Assembly: GCA_963743305.1 (NCBI GenBank)
Contig: CAVUPH010000007.1
Coordinates: forward strand, 64,001-128,000
Direction: 5' to 3'
Source: an uncultured delta proteobacterium
GTDB lineage: Bacteria; Desulfobacterota; RBG-13-43-22
DNA length: 64,000 nucleotides
Shown here: in pieces, positions 31,854-42,573 of the stretch
Position numbering within the stretch: the first letter of the stretch is position 1
Layout of the letters: every line of letters begins with the position of its first letter
Translations under genes and position numbers: made by a program
The notes under the pieces: generated by a model
What the model was told of the DNA's origin: nothing
Databases searched by the model: none
The model's input: only the letters and a program-made list of their open reading frames with translations

Positions 31854-32705
31854 TGGTTGATGTAGAAGAATTCGGAACCTTCGAAACGGCCTGGTGCCCG
31901 GGTTGCGGCAATCACGCGCTGCTCTCGGCGGTGAAGAAGGCCCTCTCCGAGGAAGGGCTCAAACCGCGTCAAGTGCTGTTTGTCTCGGGGATCGGTCAGG
32001 CGGCTAAAGCTCCGCACTATCTGAGGGCCAATCTGTTTAACGGACTCCATGGTCGGGCCTTACCGGTGGCTACCGGGGCCAAGCTGGCCAACCCGGGGCT
32101 GGTGGTGATCGCCGAGAGCGGGGATGGCTGCAATTACGGCGAGGGAGGCAACCATTTTTTAGCCGCCATCCGGAGAAATATCAATTTGACCCTGCTGGTG
32201 CATAATAACCAGGTTTACGGCTTGACCAAGGGGCAGGCCAGCCCTACCACGGGGGAGGGTTTTATCACCAAGGCCCAGCCCGAAGGGGTCCCTTCGGCAG
32301 CCCTTTAACCCGGTAGCCGTGGCGGTGGCCATGGAGGCCGGTTTTGTGGCCCGGGGCTTCTCCGGTTTTCCGGATCATCTTTCCGGCCTGATCCGGGAAG
32401 CGATCCGCCATCCGGGATTTTCCCTGATTGATATTTTGCAAAACTGTGTCTCCTTCAACCGGGTCAACACCCTGGCCTGGTATAAGAAGCGCTGCACCCC
32501 CTTGCCGGACGATTACGATCCCCTGCACTGGGAGGGGGCCATGAGTAAGGCCCGGGAGTGGGGAGACCGCATTCCCATAGGAGTGCTCTACAAAAATATG
32601 CGACCCCCGTTTGAAACGCATTTCCCCGTGCTGCAACAGGGGCCGCTGGCCGAACAGAAAGTGGATCGGGAATTGCTCCGCCGTATTCTGGAGACCTATC
32701 AATAG
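31853..32705 (+). CDS. 2-oxoacid:ferredoxin oxidoreductase beta; frameshift near 32302
   Basis: WCPGCG, HGRALP, GDG...NN TPP motif, YGLTKGQ; the second ORF continues FNPVAVA if one C is removed. Confidence 0.9.
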
Positions 32706-32720
32706 GCGCTTCGTGGAGCA

Positions 32721-32805
32721 CCTTTGGAAAACCGTTTCGCCGAGATCCGGCGGCCATACCAGAACTGGTGGATACCCACCCAAAAGGGCGAAGCGTCAAA
32801 TAATA
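32721..32805. repeat. Third, diverged copy of the 29 kb repeat arm
   Basis: CCTTTGGAAAACC.TTTC...GGCGGCCA...ACCCACCCAAAAGG.CGAA. Confidence 0.7.
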
Positions 32806-32885
32806 TTCTCTAACGTCCCAATAGTTGAAATCCTAAGTCCAAAGAATCACCTTTTTTGGGGAAGGGATTTTGAGGAGAGCGGCAG

Positions 32886-34391
32886 ATGAAAAAAATCATC
32901 GGAGTCCTGTTGGTGGTGAGCTTCCTGGTGGCGGTGTCCGTTTTGGCCGCCTCGCCTGCGAAAAAGGAAGTAGTCAGCGACGATACCCAGAACTGCCTGG
33001 GCTGTCACCGGGAAATCTCTTCGGGGATCGTCAAGGACTGGGAAAACAGCCGGCACGGCCGGATGACCCCCCGGGAGGGACTCAAAAAAACGAAGCTGGA
33101 ACGCCGGGTTTCCAGTGAGAAAATCCCCGAGGCCGTGGCAGGCACGGTGGTGGGCTGCGCCGAATGCCACACCCTGAATGCCGGGAAACATAAGGATTCG
33201 TTTGAACACAACGGGTATCAGGTCCACGTGGTGGTTACGCCGGAGGACTGTGCCGCCTGTCATGGAAAAGAGGTCCAGCAATACGGGCAGAACCTGATGG
33301 CCAAGGCCTACGGAAACCTAATGAATAATCCGGTCTACCGCCTGTTGCTCGAGGACATCAACAGCACGGCCTCTTTTAAGGAAAATAAGCTGATCCTGAC
33401 CAAACCCGATTCGGAAACCAATGCCGATGCCTGCCTGTTTTGCCACGGAACAATCATCGAGGTCCAAGGCCTGAAGAAACGTGACACTCCTCAGGGCGAA
33501 ATGAGTTTTCCCATCCTTAGCGGCTGGCCCAATCAAGGGGTTGGTCGGGTAAATCCCGATGGGAGTTTGGGTTCTTGCGCGGCCTGCCACACCCGCCATA
33601 GCTTTTCCATCGAGATGGCCCGAAAACCGTACACCTGTTCCAAGTGTCACAAGGGGCCCGATGTGCCGGCGTTCCCCGTCTACGAAGTCAGCAAACACGG
33701 CAACCAACACGCCGCGCTGAACCAGCACTGGGATTTCCAAGAAGTCCCCTGGAAGGTTGGTAAGGATTTCACCGCGCCCACTTGCGCCACCTGCCATGTC
33801 AGCCTGATCGTGGGGGACGGAAAACAGGTGGTGGCTGAGCGGACTCACCGAATGAACGACCGATTGCCCTGGCGTATTTTTGGGCTGATTTATGCCCACC
33901 CGCATCCCAAAGCGGCGGATACCACCGTAATAAAGAACAAAGCCGGTTTGTCTCTGGCTACCGATTTCAGCGGGGAACCGGCTCAGGCTTTTTTGATCGA
34001 TAAGGCCGAGCAGGATAAACGGCTGAAAACCATGCAGCAGGTCTGCCTGGGCTGTCACAGCCAAAACTGGGTGGAGGGCCACTTTAAACGCTTGGAGCAC
34101 ACCATCCAGACTACCAATCAGATGACCCTGGCCGCCACCCAGGTGGTCTCGGCGGCCTGGGAACGGGGGCTGGCTAAGGGTTTGGCCCAGAAGAGCAGCC
34201 CCTTTGATGAGGCCATTGAAAAGAAGTGGTTTGAACAATGGTCGTTTTACGCCAACTCCACTCGGTTTGCCTCGGCCATGATGGGGGCCGATTACGGGGT
34301 CTTCGCCCACGGACGCTGGTATCTAAGAAAAAATCTTCAGGAAATGGTGGAGTGGCTGGAAGAGAGGGAGAAGGGTTTGTTAAGAAAATAA
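32886..34391 (+). CDS. Periplasmic octaheme cytochrome c, HAO-like family
   Basis: Signal peptide; 8 CxxCH motifs (CLGCH, CAECH, CAACH, CLFCH, CAACH, CSKCH, CATCH, CLGCH); GVGRVNPDGSLGSCAACHTRH. Confidence 0.9.
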   Translation: MKKIIGVLLVVSFLVAVSVLAASPAKKEVVSDDTQNCLGCHREISSGIVKDWENSRHGRMTPREGLKKTKLERRVSSEKIPEAVAGTVVGCAECHTLNAGKHKDSFEHNGYQVHVVVTPEDCAACHGKEVQQYGQNLMAKAYGNLMNNPVYRLLLEDINSTASFKENKLILTKPDSETNADACLFCHGTIIEVQGLKKRDTPQGEMSFPILSGWPNQGVGRVNPDGSLGSCAACHTRHSFSIEMARKPYTCSKCHKGPDVPAFPVYEVSKHGNQHAALNQHWDFQEVPWKVGKDFTAPTCATCHVSLIVGDGKQVVAERTHRMNDRLPWRIFGLIYAHPHPKAADTTVIKNKAGLSLATDFSGEPAQAFLIDKAEQDKRLKTMQQVCLGCHSQNWVEGHFKRLEHTIQTTNQMTLAATQVVSAAWERGLAKGLAQKSSPFDEAIEKKWFEQWSFYANSTRFASAMMGADYGVFAHGRWYLRKNLQEMVEWLEEREKGLLRK

Positions 34392-34444
34392 ATGAACATC
34401 GAACATCGAAATTTCAGTTTAATCACGCGAGGAGGAGATGAGAC

Positions 34445-34606
34445 ATGAAAAAATACGTTTGTGACGTCTGCGGATATGTTTATGACCCGGTCTTAGGCGA
34501 TCCGGATAACGGGGTGGCCCCGGGAACGGCCTTTGAAGATGTCCCGGCCGACTGGCTCTGCCCGTTGTGCGGTGTCGGGAAAGACGCGTTCAGTCCGGAG
34601 GAGTAA
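34445..34606 (+). CDS. Rubredoxin (not in ORF track)
   Basis: [15 protein letters not shown]...[14 protein letters not shown]; GGAG RBS. Confidence 0.96.
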   Translation: MKKYVCDVCGYVYDPVLGDPDNGVAPGTAFEDVPADWLCPLCGVGKDAFSPEE

Positions 34607-34630
34607 AAGGGAAGCGAGAAGGAGCCGAGG

Positions 34631-35213
34631 ATGAAAAGAATACTATGGTTCTTACTGGGAACTGCTGTTTCTGGCTGCCGGATGGTTTGTCCCCCCGGCC
34701 GGGCAGGCGGCAGCGGGCCCTCCGGCCAAGGGGGAACCTTTCCCGGCCCTGATGTTGCCCGGTCCGAAGAGTGCGGAAGACAGGAATTATCTGGGGCTTT
34801 CCGGGACCGGGGCTTTTAAGATCTCCCAGGTCAAGGCCCAGGCGGTGCTCATTGAGATCTTCAGCATGTACTGCCCCTTCTGCCAAAAGGACGCGCCCGG
34901 GATCAACGAACTGTTCCAGGCCATCGAAAGGGATCCCGAGTTAAAAGGCCGGATTAAAATTCTGGGTATCGGGGTCGGGAATTCCGCCTACGAAGTGGGG
35001 GTTTATAGAAAGATCTACAGCGTTCCCTTCCCCCTTATCCCGGATGAGCTTTTTGTCCTGCATAAGGCCCTGGGGGCGACCCGTACTCCTTACTTCTTCC
35101 TGGTAAGCATCAATCCGGGCGGGACCGGGGAAGTGACCTATTCCGAATTGGCCGGCTTCAAGGGGGTGCAATCCTTTTTGGAGATCATTCGAAAGGCAGC
35201 CGGGATCAAATAG
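34631..35213 (+). CDS. Exported TlpA-like redoxin; frameshift near 34661
   Basis: Signal peptide split across frames; FSMYCPFCQ CxxC. Confidence 0.8.
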
Positions 35214-35263
35214 AACGGACTCCCCGGATGCCCCTTGGCGAGGTGAGCCGATTGGAGGTTTCT

Positions 35264-35871
35264 ATGAATCGCCTGAAAAGTTTATCTATGTTCCTATTGG
35301 TGGCGGTCCTGGTTTCGCTGGGATCGGCCGGACCGGTTTTCAGCCGCTCCGAGGCCTTTAAGGAAAATATTTATCCCGTGGGCCAACTCAAGCCCACGGA
35401 CAGTGAACTCAAGGTCAAAGTGGGAGAAAAGGCCCCGGATTTCACTCTTCCCTCCGTAGGGGGGGAGAAGGTTTCCCTGCACCAGTTTCTCGGGAAAAAA
35501 AACGTGGTCCTGTCGTTTGTTCCGGCTGCCTGGACCCCGGTCTGCTCGGATCAATGGCCCGGGTATAATATCACCCAGGGGCTCTTTGAGGAGCATAACG
35601 CGATCCTGCTGGGGATTACGGTGGACAATATCCCCACGCTCTTTTCCTGGACCAACCAAATGGGCCGGCTCTGGTTTCCGGTGCTCTCCGATTTTTTCCC
35701 CCACGGGGCGGTAGCCGCCCGGTTCGGTGTTCTCCGAACGGACGGCACCTCGGAGCGGGCCCTGTTCGTCATCGATAAAAAGGGGATCATTCGCTATATC
35801 GACGTTCATGATATCAACCAGCGTCCCCCTCTGGAAGCCTGATGGGGGAATTGGGAAAGCTGGAAAAATAG
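35264..35871 (+). CDS. Exported peroxiredoxin (AhpE/BCP-like); probable frameshift near the 3' end
   Basis: APDFTL, FVPAAWTPVC, ERALFVIDK; adding one C gives LEALMGELGKLEK* abutting the next ATG. Confidence 0.85.
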
Positions 35872-36555
35872 ATGATTTTCAAGGTCCGGATTAAAGACCT
35901 GCTGGACTTGGAAGACTATACCGGGTTGATGGATCTGTCCGATGCCCATGGAGGGAAAGTCAGCAACAGTTTAATCAGTCTGACGGCGGACTTGGACTAA
36001 AATCGACGCTGGCGGGCCATCCGAGCCTTGGGAATGGTAACCGCCCGGATGTACGACCGGGAACCGGAACAGGCCCGGCAGGTTATTCGTCAATTGCTCT
36101 GGAACCTGAATGAGGAATCCGGGGGGATCGGCTGGGGGATGCCCGAGGCCTTCGGGGAAATACTGGCCGTCCGCGAGGAATTGGCCGTGGAATACGGGTG
36201 CCTGTTGGCCTGTTTGCTCGTTGAACCGGAGAGGACCCTGGACCACGAGGAGTTGCAGCGGGGTGTGATTTGGGCCCTGGGCCGGTTAAAGGTGTTTCCC
36301 AAGGAGATGCGGGAAGAGATCGTCCCGGCCCTGATCAAGGTGCTTCGGCAGGATAGTCCGACCCTTCGGGCCACAGCCGCCTGGGCGCTGGGAGAGATGG
36401 GAGCCCGGGAGGCCTTTCAGCCTCTGAAGGACTTGCCGAAACTGGAGGGAATGCTTAGTTTATGGACGGATAATCAGTTGATCCGAATCTCGCTCAATGA
36501 GGCCGATGAGGAAACAAATAAGCGAAACTGTGAGGAAAGGAGGTGGAGGACGTGA
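35872..36555 (+). pseudogene. HEAT-repeat protein (DVU0298-like) with in-frame TAA at 35998-36000
   Basis: ATG 35872 in frame with ORF 36028..36555; RWRAIRALG, LLWNLNEESGGIGWG. Confidence 0.7.
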
Positions 36556-36716
36556 ACGATTGGAAATGCAGCAAATGCGGATATACGCTGAAGGCCGATG
36601 CGCCGCCGGAAAAATGTCCGGCCTGTAAAGAAACCTGCGAATTCGTCAATGTGACCTGTTACATTCCAGAATGTGGTTTTACCGGTTCGGATAATCGTCT
36701 GAAGGGAGAATCCTAA
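36552..36716 (+). CDS. Rubredoxin-like small protein (not in ORF track)
   Basis: GGAGG RBS + GTG; WKCSKCG...PPEKCPACKETCEF..VTCYIPECG. Confidence 0.85.
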   Translation: MNDWKCSKCGYTLKADAPPEKCPACKETCEFVNVTCYIPECGFTGSDNRLKGES

Positions 36717-36907
36717 TGTCCAAGAAGAAATATAAGGTTCGGGCGGAGTGTCCGGCCTGCGCCTGTGGCGACGTATCCTTTTTAGGTCCTGAAAAGTTGA
36801 GGGAAAAATTTATCGGCGATGAAAAAGAGATCGACATCCTTTGTCCCCTCTGCGGCACGAAACACCGGGGACGGGTGGTGGCCGAAGAGGAGGCCGGCGG
36901 TCAATGA
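36716..36907 (+). CDS. Small Cys-rich metal-binding protein
   Basis: CPACACG...CPLCG; TAATG coupling to the upstream gene. Confidence 0.8.
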   Translation: MSKKKYKVRAECPACACGDVSFLGPEKLREKFIGDEKEIDILCPLCGTKHRGRVVAEEEAGGQ

Positions 36908-37494
36908 CGGTTCTGGGGATATACGGCAGTCCCCGCCAGGGGGGCAACAGCGACCAGCTCCTGGATCAAGCCCTGGAAGGGGCGCGGTCGGTTGGGGCGA
37001 CCATTGAAAAGGTCTACGCCCGAGATCTGAAGATGTCGGGATGTCTGGAGTGCGGCGGGTGCACGCCGACGGGCGTTTGCGTGGTCCAGGATGAGATGGC
37101 CCGGGTATATCCCTTACTGGAGGAGGCGCGGGTTACTATTCTATCCTCCCCCATATTTTTTTACGGGGTCACGGCTCAGTTGAAGGCCCTGGTGGATCGC
37201 GTTCAGGCCATGTGGTCCAAACGGCTCTTGGAAAAAAAGACGCCGGAGGAGCGTAAACGGTATGATCATGGGAAGGGCTATCTGATCGCCGTAGGGGCCA
37301 CCAAGGGCAAGACCCTTTTTGACGGGTCGCAGATGATGGCCAAGTATTTTTTTGACGCCTTGGATATGACCTATGAAGGCGGACTGTTTTATAAGGGCAT
37401 CGAATACAAGGGAAACATCAAAGATAACCCGGAGGCCCTCCGGGAGGCTTATGACTTGGGGGTGAAAGCCGTCCAAGGGGAGCCCGGACATTAA
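36904..37494 (+). CDS. Iron-sulfur flavoprotein / NADPH-dependent FMN reductase family
   Basis: GSPRQGGNS, CLECGGC...CVVQD, SPIFFY. Confidence 0.9.
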   Translation: MTVLGIYGSPRQGGNSDQLLDQALEGARSVGATIEKVYARDLKMSGCLECGGCTPTGVCVVQDEMARVYPLLEEARVTILSSPIFFYGVTAQLKALVDRVQAMWSKRLLEKKTPEERKRYDHGKGYLIAVGATKGKTLFDGSQMMAKYFFDALDMTYEGGLFYKGIEYKGNIKDNPEALREAYDLGVKAVQGEPGH

Positions 37495-37577
37495 TAATCA
37501 ATTGTTAATTATTGATGGTTAATGAAGACCGGATAGAACTGTTTTTTTCTGTATCATCCTACCATAGGAGGGAGATT

Positions 37578-37781
37578 ATGACTACACCCATGCATTGTCC
37601 GGGATTTGAAAGTATGAAGCATCTGAAATCCTTCTCCTGCAAATGTCCTAGCTGCGGGCGGGAAGCGGAGATCTTCTCCGATGAGTTTGACCGAAAACAT
37701 TTTTGCAAGGGTTGTCATCAGGAAATCGATTTCACCCAATGCACTCTGGAAGGGGCGGCCGACCCCCCGCCCATCCGCTAA
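37578..37781 (+). CDS. Small Cys-rich Zn-ribbon-like protein
   Basis: GGAGG RBS; HCPG...CPSCG..EIFSDE...CKGC. Confidence 0.8.
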   Translation: MTTPMHCPGFESMKHLKSFSCKCPSCGREAEIFSDEFDRKHFCKGCHQEIDFTQCTLEGAADPPPIR

Positions 37782-37864
37782 AGTCATCCTCAGAATCAAA
37801 GGGCGGGGAGGCCCGACTCAACCTTTCCGCCCGACTATTTTTCTGACCTTTTTGAGGAGGGACC

Positions 37865-39937
37865 ATGTCCGCCGAACCGTTCACCAACCGTCTGGCCGGG
37901 GAGAAAAGCCCCTACCTCCTCCAGCATGCCCACAATCCGGTTGACTGGTATCCCTGGGGTGAAGAGGCCTTTGGCCAGGCCAGGGAAGAGCACAAGCCGA
38001 TTTTTCTGTCCATCGGCTACGCCACCTGCCACTGGTGCCATGTCATGGCCCACGAATCCTTTGAAGACCAGGAGGTCGCCCGGCTGATTAACCTTCATTT
38101 TGTAGCGGTCAAGGTGGACCGGGAAGAGCGCCCCGATATCGACCAAATCTATATGGCCGTGTGTCAGGCCTTGACCGGCCGCGGCGGCTGGCCCTTGTCC
38201 CTGTTTCTGACTCCGGATAGAAAACCTTTTTTCGCCGGGACCTATTTTCCCAAGACCGGCCGGCTGGGGATGTCGGGTTTCACGGAGCTGTTGACCCAGA
38301 TCGCCGCCCTCTGGGAAAAAGACCGGGACCGGATTCTGAAAGCCGGCGAGGAAATTACCCAATCCCTTCAGTCCCGGGTGTCAACGGCTGGAACGGGCTC
38401 GGTTCCGGACCTGAAGACCCTGGAAACCGGCTATGACCAGTTAGCTAAAAGTTTTGACTCCCGCTGGGGAGGGTTCGGAGAAGCCCCCAAATTTCCCACC
38501 CCTCATCATTTGACCTTCCTGATTCGCTGGGACCGACGCCGCCCCGATTCCCGGGCCAGGGAAATCGTCACCAGAACCCTGGAGGCCATGCGTGGCGGAG
38601 GGATTTTTGATCAAGTGGGCTTAGGGTTTCATCGCTACTCGGTGGATGCCCAGTGGCTGGTGCCGCATTTTGAAAAAATGCTTTATGATCAGGCCCTGCT
38701 GGCCATGGCCTATACCGAAGCCTATCAGGCCTGGCGGAACCCGGACCACGCGCAGGTGGTCAGGGAAATCTTTACCTATGTTCTCCGGGACATGACTTCC
38801 CCGGAGGGTGGATTTTTTTCGGCGGAGGATGCCGACAGCGAGGGGCGGGAGGGTTTGTTCTATGTCTGGAAGCCGGAGGAAGTCAAGAAAACATTAGGCC
38901 CGGATTTGGGCGACCTTTTTTGCCGCTGTTACGATATTCAGCCCGGCGGTAATTTTGAGGAAGGGGAGAGCATTCCCCATCTACCGCTGTCCCTGATTCA
39001 GGCGGCGGACCGGGAAAAAATCCCCCTGGAAGAGTTGACCCGGAAGCTGGAAGCGGCCCGGCAGATCCTTTTTGAACTCCGGGAGCAGCGGATCCATCCC
39101 CTGAAAGACGACAAGGTCCTCACCGCCTGGAACGGCCTGATGATCGCCGCCTTAGCCAAGGCGGCCCAGGCCCTGAATGAGCCGGCCTTTGCCCGGGCCG
39201 CGGCCCGTTCGGCGACCTTTATCCTGGAAAAGATGCGGGACCCCTCCGGTCGGCTCTACCGGCGTTTCCGGGAGGGCCACCTGGCCAATCCGGGGTACCT
39301 GGAAGATTACGTCTATTTCGTCTGGGGGTTGATCGAGCTCTACGAAGCCACTTTTGACCTGAACTTTTTGCAGGAGGCAGTCAATTTGCACCGGATGGCC
39401 GTTGAACTGTTCTGGGATGAGGAGCAGGGCGGATTTTTCTTTACGGCCAAGGACGGCGAACCCCTGATCTCCCGGGAAAAGGAGATTTACGACGGGGCCG
39501 TTCCCTCCGGAAACTCCGTCGGGCTGCTCAACCTCTTGCGACTCGGCAAGATAACCGGAGCTTCGGAGTGGTCTGAAAAAGCAGACCAATTGTTGCGAAG
39601 CTTTTCCGCTACCATTTCGGGCTACCCCATGGCCTATACCCAGGTCTTGAATGCCCTGGACTGGGTGGTGGGACCCAGCCGGGAGATCGTTATCTCCGGG
39701 GACCCCGATCATCCGGTTTCCCGGGAGATGGTTCGTCTGGTCCGGGAGGCCTTTCTGCCCAACAAGGTCCTGCTTTTTAAAGCCACGGGACCGGAAGGGG
39801 AGGCGCTGAACCGGGTGGCCCCATTCGTGGGTCCCCTGGTTCCGGCGGCCGATAAACCGACAGCCTACGTCTGCGAACAATATGCCTGCCGGCAACCGGT
39901 CCAGGAGGCGGAGGTACTTCGGTCACTCCTTTTATGA
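37865..39937 (+). CDS. YyaL/SPATA20-like thioredoxin + six-hairpin domain protein
   Basis: [38 protein letters not shown]. Confidence 0.95.
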   Translation: MSAEPFTNRLAGEKSPYLLQHAHNPVDWYPWGEEAFGQAREEHKPIFLSIGYATCHWCHVMAHESFEDQEVARLINLHFVAVKVDREERPDIDQIYMAVCQALTGRGGWPLSLFLTPDRKPFFAGTYFPKTGRLGMSGFTELLTQIAALWEKDRDRILKAGEEITQSLQSRVSTAGTGSVPDLKTLETGYDQLAKSFDSRWGGFGEAPKFPTPHHLTFLIRWDRRRPDSRAREIVTRTLEAMRGGGIFDQVGLGFHRYSVDAQWLVPHFEKMLYDQALLAMAYTEAYQAWRNPDHAQVVREIFTYVLRDMTSPEGGFFSAEDADSEGREGLFYVWKPEEVKKTLGPDLGDLFCRCYDIQPGGNFEEGESIPHLPLSLIQAADREKIPLEELTRKLEAARQILFELREQRIHPLKDDKVLTAWNGLMIAALAKAAQALNEPAFARAAARSATFILEKMRDPSGRLYRRFREGHLANPGYLEDYVYFVWGLIELYEATFDLNFLQEAVNLHRMAVELFWDEEQGGFFFTAKDGEPLISREKEIYDGAVPSGNSVGLLNLLRLGKITGASEWSEKADQLLRSFSATISGYPMAYTQVLNALDWVVGPSREIVISGDPDHPVSREMVRLVREAFLPNKVLLFKATGPEGEALNRVAPFVGPLVPAADKPTAYVCEQYACRQPVQEAEVLRSLLL

Positions 39938-40725
39938 AAACCAACCTGGAAATGATTCGTCTGGTTTTCTTTTGGGGAGGCCTGGTGCTGTACGGGCTGC
40001 TCGAGTGGCGGATCCCCTACCGCCCCAACACCGTCTCCAAGCCCCGACGCTGGCTGGACAATGTGGGCTTGTCGGTTACCAACGGCATCATCCTTTATCT
40101 TCTTTTTTTCTCCCTCATCGTCCAAACCGCGGCTTATGTCAGCGAACGGCAGTTGGGGATTCTGAACCTGATTTCGATGCCGACCTGGCTGCGGATCGTC
40201 CTCACCGTGGCGGTCCTGGATTTCATGCTTTATATCTGGCATTTCCTGAACCACGAAATGCCCTTCTTCTGGCGCTTTCACCGGGTCCATCACAGCGATT
40301 TGAATCTGGATGTCTCCTCGGCCCTGCGTTTTCATCTGGGCGAACTGAGCCTGTCGGCCGTCATCAAGATTTCCCTGATCTATTTCCTGGGGGCCGATAT
40401 CCGGGGGGTGGTGATTTTTGAAATTCTGGTAGTACTCACCTCTCAATTCCAGCACAGCAACATCCGCCTGCCGGCCTGGTTTGAAAAACTCTGGCTGGTT
40501 TTGTTTGTGCCGCCTTCCATGCACCGCATCCACCACTCGGTGGTGATCAAGGAACGGAACACCAATTACGGGACCATTGTCTCCCTGTGGGATAAAATGC
40601 TGGGTACTTTCCTGTATAACCTGGACCAAACCCGGATCAAGATCGGCGTGGGGGCCTATCCGCAGGCGGAAAAAGTGCGGTATCCCCATTTGCTGGTCAT
40701 GCCCTTTACCAAAGCGATCCGCTGA
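39934..40725 (+). CDS. Sterol desaturase / fatty-acid hydroxylase family
   Basis: His boxes WHFLNH, HRVHHS, HRIHHS; several TM helices. Confidence 0.9.
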   Translation: MKTNLEMIRLVFFWGGLVLYGLLEWRIPYRPNTVSKPRRWLDNVGLSVTNGIILYLLFFSLIVQTAAYVSERQLGILNLISMPTWLRIVLTVAVLDFMLYIWHFLNHEMPFFWRFHRVHHSDLNLDVSSALRFHLGELSLSAVIKISLIYFLGADIRGVVIFEILVVLTSQFQHSNIRLPAWFEKLWLVLFVPPSMHRIHHSVVIKERNTNYGTIVSLWDKMLGTFLYNLDQTRIKIGVGAYPQAEKVRYPHLLVMPFTKAIR

Positions 40726-41151
40726 AGGATGTAGGACAATGCGTCCTGACTCTCAGACACAGTCTCTTAGAAGGGCCCTGCTGCCTATCCTGGCATCAGG
40801 GAGAGTCAGAAACAGGATTTATTGAATGACTTTCTCGGACCCTTCCTTCATGGAACCCCAATTTTTCTTTTGACAATCATTAAACTTACTGATATTCCTA
40901 CAAAATAAAACGATAAATAGTCGATGTTGCCTGCGGCATCGGCAATCATCCTTTAGAACTCGGTGGCACCGGCGTGCATGGGCCTTCGGCCCCCGCACGC
41001 TGCGGGCCACGGGTCAACGCCGCATTGGCCGGCTGGAGCGAATCTGGTTTTTCTTCCTCCAGGTGCAAAGCGATTTCAAATGCTTGAATGTATTGAAATC
41101 TGTCATGACTATATCCATACATCAGGAAAACGGCCAGGGAGGTTGAACAGT

Positions 41152-42573
41152 ATGAAGGCGAGAAGAATAACATTTTGTGTCGTAGCATTTGGATCTCTAG
41201 CTTTATGGTTGCTTCTTCCAAACCAAGTCATGGCCTCTGAATCACCTTGCAGTGCTTCATTACAGTATTTGAAAGCTCAATACGATTCAGATCAGGCCAC
41301 AAGAGAAGCTTTCGATAAGGTTCATGCCGGGTTGCAGGGCCTCCCGGCAGGTTATTCCTATAACAAATCCGGTGAAAATCCCTGGAAAGCCACGAGCAGT
41401 GGGAAAGGCGTCTACCTGAAGATGCTCGGCCTCTTCGAACATTGGTGTGCGGCCCTTCCGGAGATCGAAGGGGATTCGGACAATGCTCTTGATCCCATTT
41501 TATATTTCGCATGGTTGTACTATCGGAACCCTGCTGGCCAGGATTTTGTTCAGGGGCGCGATCCTTCCGCCCCGGGTCGAGAGCTGAAAACAGGGCCGAC
41601 GTTTCTTGCAAAATGGCAGCACGACTACCTCGGCTACATGAACAGCAAAGACTCTGCGAAGCTTGTTCCCCAATGGGTCCAGGACCCGCGCATCGAGATT
41701 GGTGACTACAAAAAATCAAAGGCTGAGGACTACACAAGTTGGAACGAGTTCTTTGCGCGAAATCTGAAGAGCGAGAAGGACGGTTCCTACCCCAGTCGCC
41801 CCGTCACCATGCCAGATCGAGGTTATGTGATCGTCTCTCCTACAGACTGCATCATGAATCCTTTGGTGCAGGTAGTGAGGTCCGAGGGGAGCTACCAGCG
41901 CAAATACGTCAAGAACCCTCTTCAGCTCGATACGGTGCTCGACGTGAAGAACATTCCGATATCGGTGAAGGACTTGCTCGGGACGGTGCCGGACGAGATC
42001 AAGAAGGAGTTCGTTGAAGGAAGCGGCCTGGCGTGTGTGTTGATGCCCAACACCTACCACCACTTTCATTCCCCAGTCGACGGAAGGGTCATTCATGCGG
42101 AGGTGGTCAAGACGGGCACCCCTGGAACGCCCGGTACTTTCGGTTACCCGGATTTCCCTAACTGGGTGCCGTTGAGCGGCAATGTGGGGCGTCCGGGCAC
42201 AGATTTCAGCCAGTTCCAGGCCTTCCAGCGCGGCGTGATTGTCACCAAGGTGGAATATGAAAACCTGCCCGATAAGAAACCGGAGACGCTGACCGGCTAT
42301 GTCGCCTCCATTCCCGTCGGATTGGACTCCGTCGGTTCGGTGGTGCTCAATACCTGCGACAGCGAGCAGACCGACCATGTCAACTGCTTCACCATCGGAG
42401 GAAAGGTGGAGAAGGGCAAAACCAAGTTCGGGAATTTCTTTTTCGGCGGCTCTCTGGACATCCTGCTCTTTTCAAAGGGGATGATCGCTCCTGCCGTTCA
42501 AACCCGAATGGGTAATCAAATCGGAGTGATCAATATCGGACGCGCACCGAAATCGTCCTGGTCTTTGGATTGA
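41152..42573 (+). CDS. Phosphatidylserine decarboxylase-family proenzyme with signal peptide
   Basis: SWNEFFAR, SPTDC, LMPNTYHHFHSPV, FFFGGS cleavage motif; GGAGG RBS. Confidence 0.8.
   Translation: MKARRITFCVVAFGSLALWLLLPNQVMASESPCSASLQYLKAQYDSDQATREAFDKVHAGLQGLPAGYSYNKSGENPWKATSSGKGVYLKMLGLFEHWCAALPEIEGDSDNALDPILYFAWLYYRNPAGQDFVQGRDPSAPGRELKTGPTFLAKWQHDYLGYMNSKDSAKLVPQWVQDPRIEIGDYKKSKAEDYTSWNEFFARNLKSEKDGSYPSRPVTMPDRGYVIVSPTDCIMNPLVQVVRSEGSYQRKYVKNPLQLDTVLDVKNIPISVKDLLGTVPDEIKKEFVEGSGLACVLMPNTYHHFHSPVDGRVIHAEVVKTGTPGTPGTFGYPDFPNWVPLSGNVGRPGTDFSQFQAFQRGVIVTKVEYENLPDKKPETLTGYVASIPVGLDSVGSVVLNTCDSEQTDHVNCFTIGGKVEKGKTKFGNFFFGGSLDILLFSKGMIAPAVQTRMGNQIGVINIGRAPKSSWSLD

Noticed and set aside
35520-35580. 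Peroxiredoxin active site as a selenoprotein
   Set aside because: The codon is TGC (Cys); the downstream hairpin is weak.
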